The translations under genes and the position numbers were made by a program. A stretch of 64,000 bases of DNA from Octopus sinensis (taxonomy: Eukaryota). The notes below the pieces were generated by a model. It saw nothing but the letters and a program-made list of their open reading frames with translations, did no database searches and was not told the DNA's origin. The DNA is taken from positions 36,952,001 to 37,016,000 of the forward strand of contig NC_043012.1 in the NCBI RefSeq assembly GCF_006345805.1. The letters run 5' to 3'. Below, piece after piece: positions 51,571 to 64,000 of the stretch (position 1 is its first letter; every line of letters starts with the position of its first letter).

Positions 51571-53323
51571 TCACACACACGTGTGTGAGTGTGTCTGTGT
51601 TTGTATTTGTCCCCCGCCACTATTTGACAAGCAGTGTTGGTATGTTCACATCCCTGTAACTTAGAAGTTCGTCAAAAAATGACTGACAGACTAAGTACAA
51701 GGCTTGATAAAAAAAAATAAGTACTGGTGTTAATGTGTTTGACCAAACCCTTCAAGGCAGTGCTCCAGCCTGGCCACACACTAATGACTGAAACATTTAA
51801 TGAGAGAGTGCCAAAGCCAGGATATATACTAACGTCAGTAATGATAGCCACTACTTCATTATGGTAGCAACTGTTAAAACTACTCTGCCTTCATTCTCTC
51901 ATAATACTACCTCTCTACTAACACCTCTGCTGTCACCATAAAATAAGAAATAATACTACCTCTCTACTAACACCATTACATCTAATACTAATACTAATAC
52001 TAATCTAATACTAATACTAATCTAATACTAATCTAATACTAATACTAATACTAATCTAATACTAATACTAATCTAATACTAATACTAATACTAATACTAA
52101 TACTAATACTACCTCTCTACTAACACCATTACATCTCTGCTGTCACCGTAAAACTACCACCATAACGTTCCACACACACCACCACATAGCTATAACCACA
52201 TCCAAACCATCCATTGCACAGCATCCACCAAAGACAGAAATACTGTTTAGTGTCAATGAGACAGTGTGGTGTGGTGTGGTGTGGTGGTTATAATGCTGAT
52301 GGGTCACTGAGCCAATGTGGATCCCTCAACACAGCTAAATCTCCCTCAAATCACATCCTTTGTATTACAAAATAGAAGGACACACTGAACAATGGAGTTT
52401 TAGTATTTTAGCTTAATGCACTGGGTGGCCACCTTCCTCCAATGGATTGGTTGGTTGCCACTTGTAATGAGACCTAGAATTGAAACCTTGTAATCCTGAT
52501 AGTTGGGTCCAGTGCACACTTGAGCCAGGTGACATGCCATTATTACTGACCAATCAGCTTGCAGAAGTATCACACCATATCTCAGAACATTATCAAAATT
52601 TCTAGAGGTTCCTGTGTTTTCCATAATATAAGAGTGAAAGTTTTCCAGAATCAGTGTGGAGGTTGAGAAACCACCTGAGAACACTTACCTTCACCTCTTG
52701 CCAAAAGCAAACGAGAACATGGTCCTTCAAAGCATCGGGGCAACTAGCCTTTACATCTAGTTTTCCTTTGCTGAAATTCAACCCAGAGTAAAAAGGACTT
52801 CATCAATAATAACCGTCAAACGTTATTACTGCCTCTCAAGTAATAACTAACCATTCCTGTTTGTAATTTAAGTAAAGTTGAGTTTGACTCCAGTGTCCTA
52901 CAATACACTACTGGGGACCGTTGCTCCAGTCCTCCCATCTGGCAAAAACCAGAAGTACCTGCAATTCAAAATGGCCAACCTTGTTGCACTCTGTGTCATG
53001 CTGAAAACCCCTGAGGATTATGTTAAGATAATGCATGACTGTGGAGCATTCAGCCACTTGCATGTTAAATTCATAAGCAGGCTGTTCCATTGATCAGATC
53101 AACTGGAACCCTCATTGACATAACTGACGGAGAACCAGTTGTTTAATTATGCCTGGGGGTGGGGGGAACTCTGAGAGCCCCTACACACACCCCACATTAC
53201 CTGTTTATTTTGTTTTGCATAACTTTTGAAAGGAAGCAAATTTCTCTCTGAAATTTGGTGACTTTTCCTAAAATTTATCCTTTTAAATACTCATGTAACT
53301 GATTTTCAAAGAAAATATTCCAC

Positions 53324-53337
53324 GTTGCCATGGAAAC
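53324..53337. promoter_or_regulatory. RFX X-box motif GTTGCCATGGAAAC
   Basis: Exact match to GTTNCCATGGNAAC; probably lies inside a repeat element (53140-53935). Confidence 0.3.
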
Positions 53338-53996
53338 AGCAGGAGTTGAACAGGTGGTATAAAACAATGACATTTCATTGATTTTTCTGGTTACAAAATT
53401 TGATTATACAGCTTTTGTAACTGAAACAACAGCAAAGTTTTGGCTGTGGAAAAGTGTTTGTCTGTTAATGATAAATATTCCTGCCAAGTTCCATTATCAT
53501 AGCATAAGTCTTTCTTGAAAAATATTTGCAAATAAAAAAGCAAAAGTTTTTTTTAAAAAATAGATAACTTTGACAACGTCATCATAAAAATGCTGACATC
53601 ACTGATGTTTTAAAAAGTACCACAAAATTTTATTTTCCTATGCAGTATCTATGTCCCTGCAGAGTTTCGTGGACATAGTCTTTGTGGTTCTAGAGAAATT
53701 TTTAAAGACTATAAAATTGCTAAATTTTAACACATCTGGGCACAATTGGTGACGTCAATTGAAAAACGCTGACGTCAGCAACTTGTTTGTGATGAAGAAA
53801 TGTTTGCCTATGAACGGTCAATACTAAGTTTCATTGTCATGGTGCGAATGGTTCAGGAAAGGAGTGGGGGGGGGCGTTCTCAGAGCCCTCCTCCCCACTA
53901 GGTTTATGGAGTCCCTAAAATTCCCACGGCTAATAACAAATACATTAATTTTAACTATGTAATCATTTGGTTTGTTATGGAACAACACAGTGAATC

Positions 53997-54031
<35 letters not shown>

Positions 54032-54455
54032 CCACCATCATCATCATCATCACACCATCATCATCATCATCATCATTTAGTGCCTGTTTGCCATGCTGGC
54101 TTAGTTTAGCCTGGTACTGATAAGCCAGAGAACCGTACCAGGCTCCAGACTGATTTCGGCTTGGTTTCTACAGCTGGATGCCCTTCCTAATGCCAACCAC
54201 TCTAGGTGTCACCGTCATGAGTGCTTTTTACGTGTCCCTAGCACTGTCCGTTCCATTCCATGTCTGTTCCATTCCTTGAACAGTTCGCTGCCAAAGGGTC
54301 TTAGACCGGCCCCTTTTACACCTGCTCACAGGTGGTATTCAAGTCATGGCTGTTTTCCAGTGATGTTGATCATCCACATTAGTGTTTCCCTACCATTTCT
54401 TACTCATGGACCCCTCATGAAGTTGCTGGGGAAATTGATAAAGGAGGGTTGAACA

Positions 54456-55118
54456 CAGCAGTTCCCAACCAATTTTTTTTTTCCTATGGACCCCTTTGAT
54501 TCCTGTTTTATACAGGTGGACCCTCATAGCTGTTCAATATTTAACCCTTTGGCTTTCAAACTGGCCATATCTGGCCAAAATAATCTCCCTGTTTTATCTT
54601 CAAAGTGGCCATATCTGGCTTCTCACACCTATCCTGCAATGTCATTCTAAAAATAAACAATCCCATCATTGAAATCTCAAAACTACGAGATAATGCATGA
54701 GTAATTCAATGTGATAAAGTAAGCATTACATCTGTCTGAGAAATCTGAATGCTAAAGGGTCGAAAAAAATCCCAATGTATTTGTAGAATTAAATCATCAC
54801 CATCATTTAACGCCTGCTTTCCATGCTAGCATGGGTTGGATGAATGACTGAGGGCTGGTGAACCAGATGGCTGCACCAGGCTTCAATCTTGATCTGGCAG
54901 AGTTTCTACAGCTGGATGCCCTTCCTATTATTAAAAATTATTCTTTCATTCTTTCATTTGTTTCAGTCATTTGACTGAGGCCATGCTGGAGCACTGCCTT
55001 TTAGTTGAACAAATCGAACCCAGGACTTATTCTTTGTAAGCCTAGTACTTATTCTATTGGTCTCTTTTGTTGAACCTCTAAGTTATGGGGACAAACACAC
55101 AAACACACAAACACACAT

Positions 55119-55151
<33 letters not shown>

Positions 55152-55442
55152 CACACACATACACACCATGGGCTTCTTTCAGTTTCCATCTACCAAATCT
55201 ACTCACAGGGCTTTAATCGGCCTGAGGCTATAGTAGAAGACACTTGCCCAAGGTGCTGTGCAGTGGGACTGAACCCGGAACCATGTGGTTGGTAAGCAAG
55301 CTTCTTACCACACAGCCACTCAAAAAATGTTAAAATATTTTGTATGTTGTAGAAGCATAACTAATTAATTGCTCATAAATTTTCATGACAAACTCTTGTG
55401 TGGCCCCCTAAGGGTCATATGGACCCCAGCTGAGAACCCCTG
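54456..55442. mobile_element. hAT-like MITE with three nested insertions
   Basis: Ends CAGCAGTTCCCAACC / GCTGAGAACCCCTG; homologous to 21013-22060; carries a piggyBac MITE, an RTE tail and a SINE-A. Confidence 0.7.
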
Positions 55443-55449
55443 GGTTAGA

Positions 55450-55610
55450 CAGAGAATGGGGCCAGCCAGGCAGCATCGACATTCTGCCATAATCTCTAAC
55501 AATAGATGTGACCTTGCTCTTCTCAGAATCTGGTGCCTCCAGTTGACCCTGAAGATCTTTCTGAGGCACCTTACTGGGCTCTTCTTGAGAATGTTATGTA
55601 GAGAACTGGG
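55450..55610 (-). pseudogene. Old RTE-clade ORF2 C-terminal fragment
   Basis: RCLRKIFRVNWRHQILRRARSHLLLEIMAECRCCLAG resembles the RTE motif RCLRKILRISW..VLRRA..SI.....LRWAG. Confidence 0.5.
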
Positions 55611-55669
55611 CAAACATCCATTCCAAACAAAGATGTTTAGGGAGCTTGGCAAATAGCCATTCTTCGCTT

Positions 55670-56078
55670 CTTTTATCTTTTAACTTGTTTCAGTAATTTG
55701 ACTGTGGCCATGATGGAGCACTGCCTTAAAGGGTTTTTAGTCGAACAAATCGACCCCAGGACTTATTCTTTGCAAGACTAGCACTTATTTTATTGGTCTT
55801 GTTAATAGTCTATTGGTCTCTGTAAAGTTGCAGGGATGTAAACACACCAACATCGGTTGTCAAGAGATGGTGAGGGACAGACACAAAGACACATACATGC
55901 ATACATACATACATACATACAACAGGCTTCTTTCAGTTTCTATTTACCAAATCCACTCACAAGGCTTTGGTCAGCCCAGGGCTATAGTAGAAGACACTTA
56001 CCGAAGGTTCCATGCAGAGGGACTGAACTCGGAACCATGTGGTTGAGAAGCAAGCTTCTTACCACACAGTCGCGCCTG
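55670..56078 (-). mobile_element. SINE family A, full copy
   Basis: Homologous to 10831-11226; another full copy at about 54955-55320. Confidence 0.86.
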
Positions 56079-56505
56079 TGTTTAGAGCGCTTGGCAAACA
56101 GCCATTTTAGATATTGGCATTTAGTGAGCTGAGCAAACACTAACTGAAGGAAATTTGGGCAAATTGGAAGAAAGGCATCTGACTCCTTTTTGCAGTTGGG
56201 GATGGTCACGGATTATCATAAAAGGAATTACAAATCAGTTGCCCGTTGGCCCACAAGATACAAAAGAATATTAGAAATGAACTGTGAGTTTAGGACGCTG
56301 AGGTACAAGGTCGCCCTGTGGGGGTGAGGTGGGAGGGAGACGAATAAGTGGTGGAGATTTCCATGGAAACAACACGCAGGCCTACAGTGTATACCATTGT
56401 CTATATATACGCACTCACACAAATATATATACATCCATATACAAACACTGTTCATGTACATCCAGATACAAACACTGTTCATGCATCAACACGCCGTCAC
56501 ACAGG

Positions 56506-56542
<37 letters not shown>

Positions 56543-56799
56543 TCACGCACGCGCGCACATACTCTCATATACAAGAATGTAAACACAAACAGACACACAC
56601 ATGCACCCAGAGGTGTGTAGACACAGTTGCGGAAACACTTAGAAATACGCATACACACAAATGTGCATACATAAACACACACATCCATACAGGAATATAC
56701 ACACACGCACACACACATACACAAATACACATATACACACACAATGTACATACAATCAGAAACATATTCACTCATAATGAAACACACACACAAATACTG

Positions 56800-57072
56800 A
56801 CGTGAGTGGATTTGGTAGACGGAAACTGAAAGAAGCCCGTCGTATATATGTATACATATATATGCGTGTGTGTGTCTGTGTTTGTTCCCCTAGCATTGCT
56901 TGACAACCGATGCTGGTGTGTTTATGTCCCCGTTACTTAGCGGTTCGGCAAAAGGGACCGATGGAATAAGTACTGGGCTTACAAAAAGAATAAGTCCCGG
57001 GGTCGAGTTGCTCGATTAAAGGCGATGTTCCAGCATGGCCGCAGTCAAATGACTGAAACAAGTAAAAGAGTA
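56800..57072 (+). mobile_element. SINE family A, 5'-truncated, little diverged
   Basis: Nearly identical to 10955-11226. Confidence 0.88.
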
Positions 57073-57396
57073 AATATACACACACACACATACACAAACG
57101 CACACACACCTATACAGATATATACTACACATATACATATACACCGATAGATATCTACAAGTACACATGCATACAAGGATACAAAAATATACACATACGT
57201 ATACAGTATACACCCACATACACAATTATAGATACACATATATATACAAACGTACACACACACACACACACGCCAACATATACTGCTGTAACAAAATTTA
57301 CACACACGCACACAGACACTGACATGCACACACACTCTGATATATATACATATACATACGTATAGGCTTGCATACACAGTTATACACAAACACACA

Positions 57397-57496
57397 NNNN
57401 NNNNNNNNNNNNNNNNNNNNNNNNNNNNNNNNNNNNNNNNNNNNNNNNNNNNNNNNNNNNNNNNNNNNNNNNNNNNNNNNNNNNNNNNNNNNNNNN
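57397..57496. other. Assembly gap (100 N, true size unknown)
   Basis: Run of exactly 100 N. Confidence 0.99.
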
Positions 57497-57730
57497 TTAT
57501 GATGAAGAGTAAACCTGGACGATAACATAGTTAACGTAGTACGCCAATCAAATTTGTTTAATTAAGATAACGTCTGTTAATGAGTAAATGAAATCGTTAA
57601 CTTAATGGCTAAATCTGATAAAAAGAGTTAGGGGAGATAACCCCTGGAGTTGAAATTACTCAGGTTCTGGTGTGGCTGCTTGGTAAGAAGTTTGTTTCTC
57701 AACCATGTGGATCCAGGTTCAATTTATGTG

Positions 57731-57762
<32 letters not shown>

Positions 57763-57904
57763 CATACATACGTACATATATATATATATATTTATTATAT
57801 ATATATATTATATATATATAATATATATATATAATATTATATACATATATACATACATACGTACATATATATATATAATTATATATATATAATATATATA
57901 TCAT

Positions 57905-59779
57905 TATCATCACATCATCATCGTTTAACGTCGTTTTCCATGCTAGCCAGGTTGGACGGTTCGACCGGGGTCTGGGAAGCCAGGGGCTGCTCCAGGCTCC
58001 TGTCTGATCTGGCAGAGTTTCTACGGCTGGATGCCCTTCCTAACGCCAACCACTCCGCGAGTGTAGTGGGTGCTTTTTACGTGCCACCTGCACAGGTGCC
58101 AGGGGGAGTCCAGCATCGGTCACGATCGGTTCAGGCTTTTAACGTGCCAGTGGCACGGAAGCCAGCAACATTCGGATGGTCTTTTTTATGTGCCACCGGC
58201 ACAGGGGATAGTCAGGGCGGCGCTGGCATCGGCCATGTTCGGATGGTCTTTTTATGTGCCACCGGCACAGGCATCATAACTACTATTTCCATTGATATTT
58301 ATTTCGACGTTCATGTTCATGTTCATGTACTTGACTCAACAGGTCTCCTCAAGCACAGCGGGACGATCTGGGATCCGGGGTACTTTGAATGGGCAGGGGC
58401 TATGCGGAACTGATGCAGGAAGCAGCCCGGGTCTTTGCAGTCACAGCATATCTCCAGAGATCTCGGTCTTTCGCCATTGCCTCAGTGAGGCCCAACGCTC
58501 TGAGGTCATGCTTGACTACCTCATCCCATGTCTTCCTGGGTCTACCTCTCCCCCTGATACCTTCAACTGTTTGGGAGTGGCACTTCTTCACACATCTCTC
58601 CTCATCCATCCGCAGCACATGACCATACCATCGCAAGCGTCACTCTTGCACACCACATCTGATGCTTCTTATATCCAGCATTTCTCTCAGGGTGCTTACA
58701 CTCTGTCGTGCGTGCACACTGACATTACACATCCAGCGGATCATGTTAGCTTCATTTCTTTCAAGTCTACGCATGTCCTCTGCAGTCACAGCCCATGTTT
58801 CACTACCATGAAGCATGGCAGTTCGCACACATGCATCATACAATCTACCTTTCGCTCTGAGGGAGAGACCCTTTGTCGCCAGTAGGGGTAGGAGCTTTCT
58901 GAACTTTGCCCAGGCTATTCGTATTCTAGTGGTGATACTCTCTGTGCATCCACCTCCACTACCAACTTGGTCACCCAGGTAGCGGAAACTATCAACTACT
59001 TCTAGTTTCTCTCCCTGGAGTGTGATGGAATCTGTTTTCTGAGTATCTGTGGTGTCTATTGTCCCTGTGCATCTGCCGCACATGAAAGCTATCTTATCTG
59101 TTAATTTCCCTTTAATGTTGCTGCACCTCTTATGCGTCCATAGCTTACACTGGGTACATCTTATGGAGTTTCGACCTACACCTTTCCTACAGATTGAGCA
59201 GGGCCACCTACCCGAGGGTGTGTGTGCTGAGTCCGCCTTGCTGCTTACTATTACTTTGGTCTTTGCTACATTTACTCTAAGGCCCTTTGATTCTAACCCT
59301 TGCTTCCACACCCGAAATTTCTTTTCTAGTTCCGGTAGTGATTCTGCTATGAGAGCCAGGTCATCAGCATAGAGGAGCTCCCAGGGGCATCCTGTTTTGA
59401 ATTCCTCTGTTATTGCCTGGAGGACTATGATGAATAAAAGGGGACTGAGGGCTGAGCCCTGGTGCACACCTACTTCTACCCGGAATTCTTCACTATATTC
59501 GTTGCCAATCCTAACCTTGCTGACAGCCTCTCTGTATAGAGCCTGTACAGCCTTATTAGCCATTCGTCAATCTCCAGTTTCTGCATCGACCACCAGATAA
59601 GGGAACGGGGACCCTGTCAAAGGCTTTCTCCAAGTCCACAAAAGCTTTGTAGAGGGTTTTATCTTTAGCTAGGTACTTCTCCTGCAGTTGTCGGACCAGG
59701 ATATAGCATCAGTGGTGCTTCTACCTGGCACAAAACCGAACTGCATTTCATCTAAGCAAATTCTCTCCCTAATGAGATG
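57905..59779 (-). mobile_element. 5'-truncated RTE LINE (RT, PHD-like finger, C-terminus, 3' UTR, (ATG)n tail)
   Basis: The 307-aa ORF has GVHQGSALSPLLF and YADD (59360-59371); a frameshift leads to MRWYGHVLRM..RGRGRPRKTW, an RTE hallmark; then 3' UTR and tail. Confidence 0.94.
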
Positions 59780-59845
59780 TATATATAATATATATATATA
59801 TATATACACACATATATACATACATACGTACATATATATATATAT

Positions 59846-59893
<48 letters not shown>

Positions 59894-60911
59894 TAATATA
59901 TATATATATTATATATATCACTGTATCACAATATTGACTGGACTGTTAGATATTGTTATACACTGCTGGTCACAATGCACTTCCATTTCTCTTTTCATTG
60001 TGCCATTCTTTTGGCATCTGGACCGAAATTACTTGACTAAATTGCCTTTACCATTATTGTTGTGGATATCCGCACGGGTCTGAAAGTCATTAGTTGATGG
60101 AGTGAGAAGAATGAAGCACTTTGGGCCCCTACTGAGAAGAGAGGGGGAGATCAAGGGGAATGGTAATAACAGACTGAAGTGGGGTGAAGAGGGTGAGTTG
60201 GGTGGGGGAGGTGTGTGCAAGGGTTGGAGAATGAGGGGGAGAGTTGATCGGGGAGGCAGGGGGGAAAGGTAGGTGTAGTGGCATATTCTTTTATTCTTTT
60301 ATTTGCTTCAGTCATTTGACTGCGGCCATGCTGGAGCACCGCTTTCAGTCAAACAAATAGACCCCGGGACTTATTCTTTGAAAGTCTAATACTTATTCTG
60401 TCATTCTCTTTTGCGGAACCGCTAAGTTATGGGGACGTAAACACACCAGCATCAGTTGCCAAGTAATGGGTTCTTTTACTTCTTTGATTTGTTTTGGGAT
60501 AATGTTAAATAGATCAGGGCCTGGCGAGGAAAGGAAATCGTGTTGCAGGGAATTTAGATATTATGATCCTGAATTGTGTAGGGGATATATGGCATGAGGT
60601 CCCATCCTTGGATGAATTCTGAATCTAACGTTAAGGTCGTTTCAGCAATCCTGATATATATATTTCTTTATTGCCCACAGGGGGGTTAAACATAGAGGGG
60701 ACAAACAAGGACAGACAAAGGGATTAAGTCGATTACATCGACCCCAGTGCATAACTGGTATTTATGTAATCAACCCCGAAAGGATGAAAGGCAAAGTCAA
60801 CCTCGGTAGAATTTGAACTCAGAACCAAATGGCAGACGAAATACTGCTAAGCATTTTGCCCGTTGTGCTAACAATTCTGCTTGCTCGCCACCCTAGCAAT
60901 CCTGATATATA

Positions 60912-61129
60912 CACAAGGGGTAATGCAAAGTTCTTGGCTTTAAGGGTGTCAAGAAGGGCCTGGTTGGAGCCCCAACCTTCTGAGCTCTTTTACAGGATTT
61001 AGAAAAACTGAAGGACTGCCGCAATAAGGGTGTGAATCTGAGAGGGGAATATGTTGAATAAAATCATAATTAACACATCCTCCTGCAAATCCTTTTACCC
61101 AAAGCCAGGAACTTTTCAGCCCCACCTCG
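60912..61129 (+). mobile_element. Mariner internal-deletion derivative (about 220 bp)
   Basis: Retains the C-terminal DLEKLKDCRNKGVNLRGEYVE* and degenerate TIRs (..aaagttcttggcttt / aaagccaggaactttt..cctcg|ta). Confidence 0.65.
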
Positions 61130-61709
61130 TATATCCTGTTGCATTCTTTACATGGAGAGCTCACTTTTAACCTTCAGGAATGACCTAAATAGGATCAGAC
61201 AAGTTCGTTACCTGAATTACCTGTTCAGGTGTGTCATTAAATGACCTACTTCTGCAGACACTTCTTCAATTTGTAAAGAATTGGACAAGATATTCTTTGT
61301 TTTATTCCTTGTTTCTCATAGAATATATTCCAGTTTAGCAAACCTACAACGTAAAGGTAGACATTGAGAAATAACATCAAGAGTCTTTGGTTCTTCAGTT
61401 GCCTGGAGCTTCTTAAACAATGGCTGCTCTTGGCATTGGTTGTGTCGGAACAATGCTCACCACCAGATGGTTCACACGTACTTCAGCAATAGCTTTATAG
61501 GTACTGGAAGATTTGTACTATATTGCTGCTGCTGCTGTTGCTGTTGTTGTTGTTGTTGGTGGTGGTGTTGATCCTGTTATTGTTATTAATGTTGTTGTTG
61601 TTGTTATTATTGTCGTTCATGCTGTCAATGTTGTTATTGTTGCTGTTGCTGATGTTGACACTGTTAATGTCGTTGTTGATGATGATGAAAAATCTTTAAT
61701 AAAAAAAAG

Positions 61710-62093
61710 CATCTTGCTCTACCTTCGGTATTCGAGTACTATTTTCCCCTCCTTGTTTTGCATTTATGTGCCTGTCCTTATAAGGAGCACTCCATCGGTT
61801 ACGACAACAAGGGTCCCAGTTGATACTATTAACAGAACAACTTCCCTGTGAAATTAACATGCAAGTGGCTGAGCGCTCCACAGACACACATACCCTTAAC
61901 ATAATTCTCAGAGAGATTTAGTGTGACAAGGCTGGTCCCTTTGATATACAAGTACTATTCATTTTTACCAGCTGAGTGGACTGGAGCAACGTGAAATAAA
62001 GTGTCTTCCTCAAGGACACAGCGTGTCGTCGGGAATTGAATTCATGACCTTACGATTGTGAGCAGGATGCCTTACCCACTAAGCCATGTACCT
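61710..62093 (-). mobile_element. tRNA-derived SINE family C, full copy
   Basis: The reverse complement head reads aggtacatggcttagtgggtaaggcatcctgctcacaatcgtaaggtcatgaattcaattccc. Confidence 0.8.
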
Positions 62094-63211
62094 TCACACA
62101 CACACACACATACACACACACATATATTACATATATATACATTATATGTATATATATTAGATATATATATATATATAGTATATATATCATATATATCATA
62201 TATATATATATATAATATATATATATTATATATATATATATATATATAATATATATATTATACATATATAATATCTATATATCTAAGAATATATATATAT
62301 ATATATAATATATATAATATATATATACATATTATATATATATATACATATATAATATATACACACACACACACCCACATTATATATATACATATATATA
62401 TATATATAAAATACATATAGAAATATAGATATATATGTATATATATGTATATTTATATACAGTTCAAATTTACAGAAAACCAAAAGACAAAGATTGGTGA
62501 AGGAACCACAAACAGGTGTATTAGTTTGCTGCTTCAGAAGAATGGAAAAGTCTTCGATGTTTTGAGCCTATACTCTTTGACAGAAAGGTTTGATAGGAAT
62601 AAAAAATGGAGAGAGAATGAAAAACAAAAAACAGAGAGATTAATGGTTAAGATAACAGGATTAATGGTTCAAGATAATGATATATATATATATATATATA
62701 TGCACATACGATGCAGTTCATTCACCTTCTGTCTACCAAATCCACTCCCACTGACCCAAGTACTAGACACTCGCCCAAGGTGTAATACAGTGAGACAGAA
62801 CCTAAGACCATGTGGTTGGAACGCAAATATCTTACCATACAACCATGCTTCTGTCTATTAGAGAAAATGGACAAAATTAAATTGCAGAGTCTGGACATAA
62901 CTAAAAAGCATAATGTTGCCATGGCAGCAGATTGCCAATGCTAAAACAAAGACTTCAAAAGGTTATGATAATTGATCACACCTGTTCTTCTTAGTGCCGG
63001 AGGCTTTGGGTTCGCTTAATTATTAAAAATATTTGCAGGTTGAACAGTAAATACGTTAGACATATTTATGAATTAAAACAATGACTGTATTCAAATGAAA
63101 CCGTAAATGATGTTTCTAATGAGGTGGCAACACCTGTTCATTTATTTTTGAAGGACTTTGCTTGCTCACCTATTGATTAGTTTTTAAAAAGGTAATTGGT
63201 TCCGCCTCGAA

Positions 63212-63815
63212 ATTTGGCGAATGAAGATAGCTCTATGGTGCAGTGGGAGAGACCACACACCACACTCACTCACACACAAACACACACACAAACACACGCC
63301 TTTTATATTTGTGTGTGCGCATGCACATGTGTTGTGTGTGTCTGTGTGATACACATACATACATACATACATACATACATACATACATACATACATACAT
63401 ACATACACACATACATACATACATGCATGCATACATACATACACACATACATGCATACATACATACATACATACATACATACATACATACATACACACAT
63501 ACATGCATACATACATACATGCATGTATGTGTGTATGTATGTATGTATGTATGTATGTATGTATGTATGTATGCATGTATGTGTGTATGTATGTATGCAT
63601 GCATGTATGTATGTATGTGTGTATGTATGTATGTATGTATGTATGTATGTATGTATGTATGTATGTATGTATGTGTATCACACAGACACACACAACACAT
63701 GTGCATGCGCACACACAAATATAAAAGGCGTGTGTTTGTGTGTGTGTTTGTGTGTGAGTGAGTGTGGTGTGTGGTCTCTCCCACTGCACCATAGAGCTAT
63801 CTTCATTCGCCAAAT
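63212..63815. repeat. 604-bp palindrome (inverted duplication with no spacer)
   Basis: About 140 bp of unique sequence plus (TACA)n is mirrored exactly; the centre is at acatg|catgt (63521/63522). Confidence 0.93.
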
Positions 63816-64000
63816 GTGTGTATGTATGTATGTATGTATGCATGTATGTATGTATGCATGTATGTATGTATGTATACATACATACATGCATACATACATA
63901 CATACATGCATACATACATACATGCATACATACATACATACATACACACATACATGCATACATACATACATACATACACACACACATACATACATACATA

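Noticed and set aside
60140-60285. G-rich purine tract (also 37275-37320) as G-quadruplex candidates
   Set aside because: Ordinary low-complexity or retroelement UTR sequence with no positional context suggesting function.

Overview
AT-rich, microsatellite-saturated eukaryotic scaffold with one 100-N gap at 57397-57496. It is most likely an Octopus (coleoid cephalopod) genome; this is inferred from the SINE and RTE repeat families, which I recognise from octopus assemblies but could not check against a database. The only host gene I can support is a minus-strand STARD10/PCTP-like lipid-transfer gene. Five coding exons (29935 down to 14676) have canonical GT-AG junctions and splice in frame to 209 aa ending in a stop; the N-terminal exon(s) were not found. 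The rest is a layered transposon landscape: a near-full-length decayed Penelope-like element, RTE LINE fragments and 3' tails, a Tx1/L1-like 3' fragment, mariner (D34D) and maT (DD37D) relics, a Chapaev3-like relic, hAT-, piggyBac- and Helentron-type non-autonomous elements, and three tRNA-derived SINE families. Most ORFs in the supplied track are microsatellite artefacts. I cannot support an intact, previously undescribed system here. The most interesting leads are: (i) a minimal type-I hammerhead-ribozyme relic at the Penelope 3' end; (ii) a 273-bp foldback whose arm carries the 3' half of a hammerhead; (iii) transposon ends turning into satellites (a 35-bp palindromic minisatellite inside a hAT MITE, and a tandem array of an RTE 3' UTR); (iv) a 604-bp palindrome near the window end; (v) RFX X-box and heat-shock-element motif clusters.
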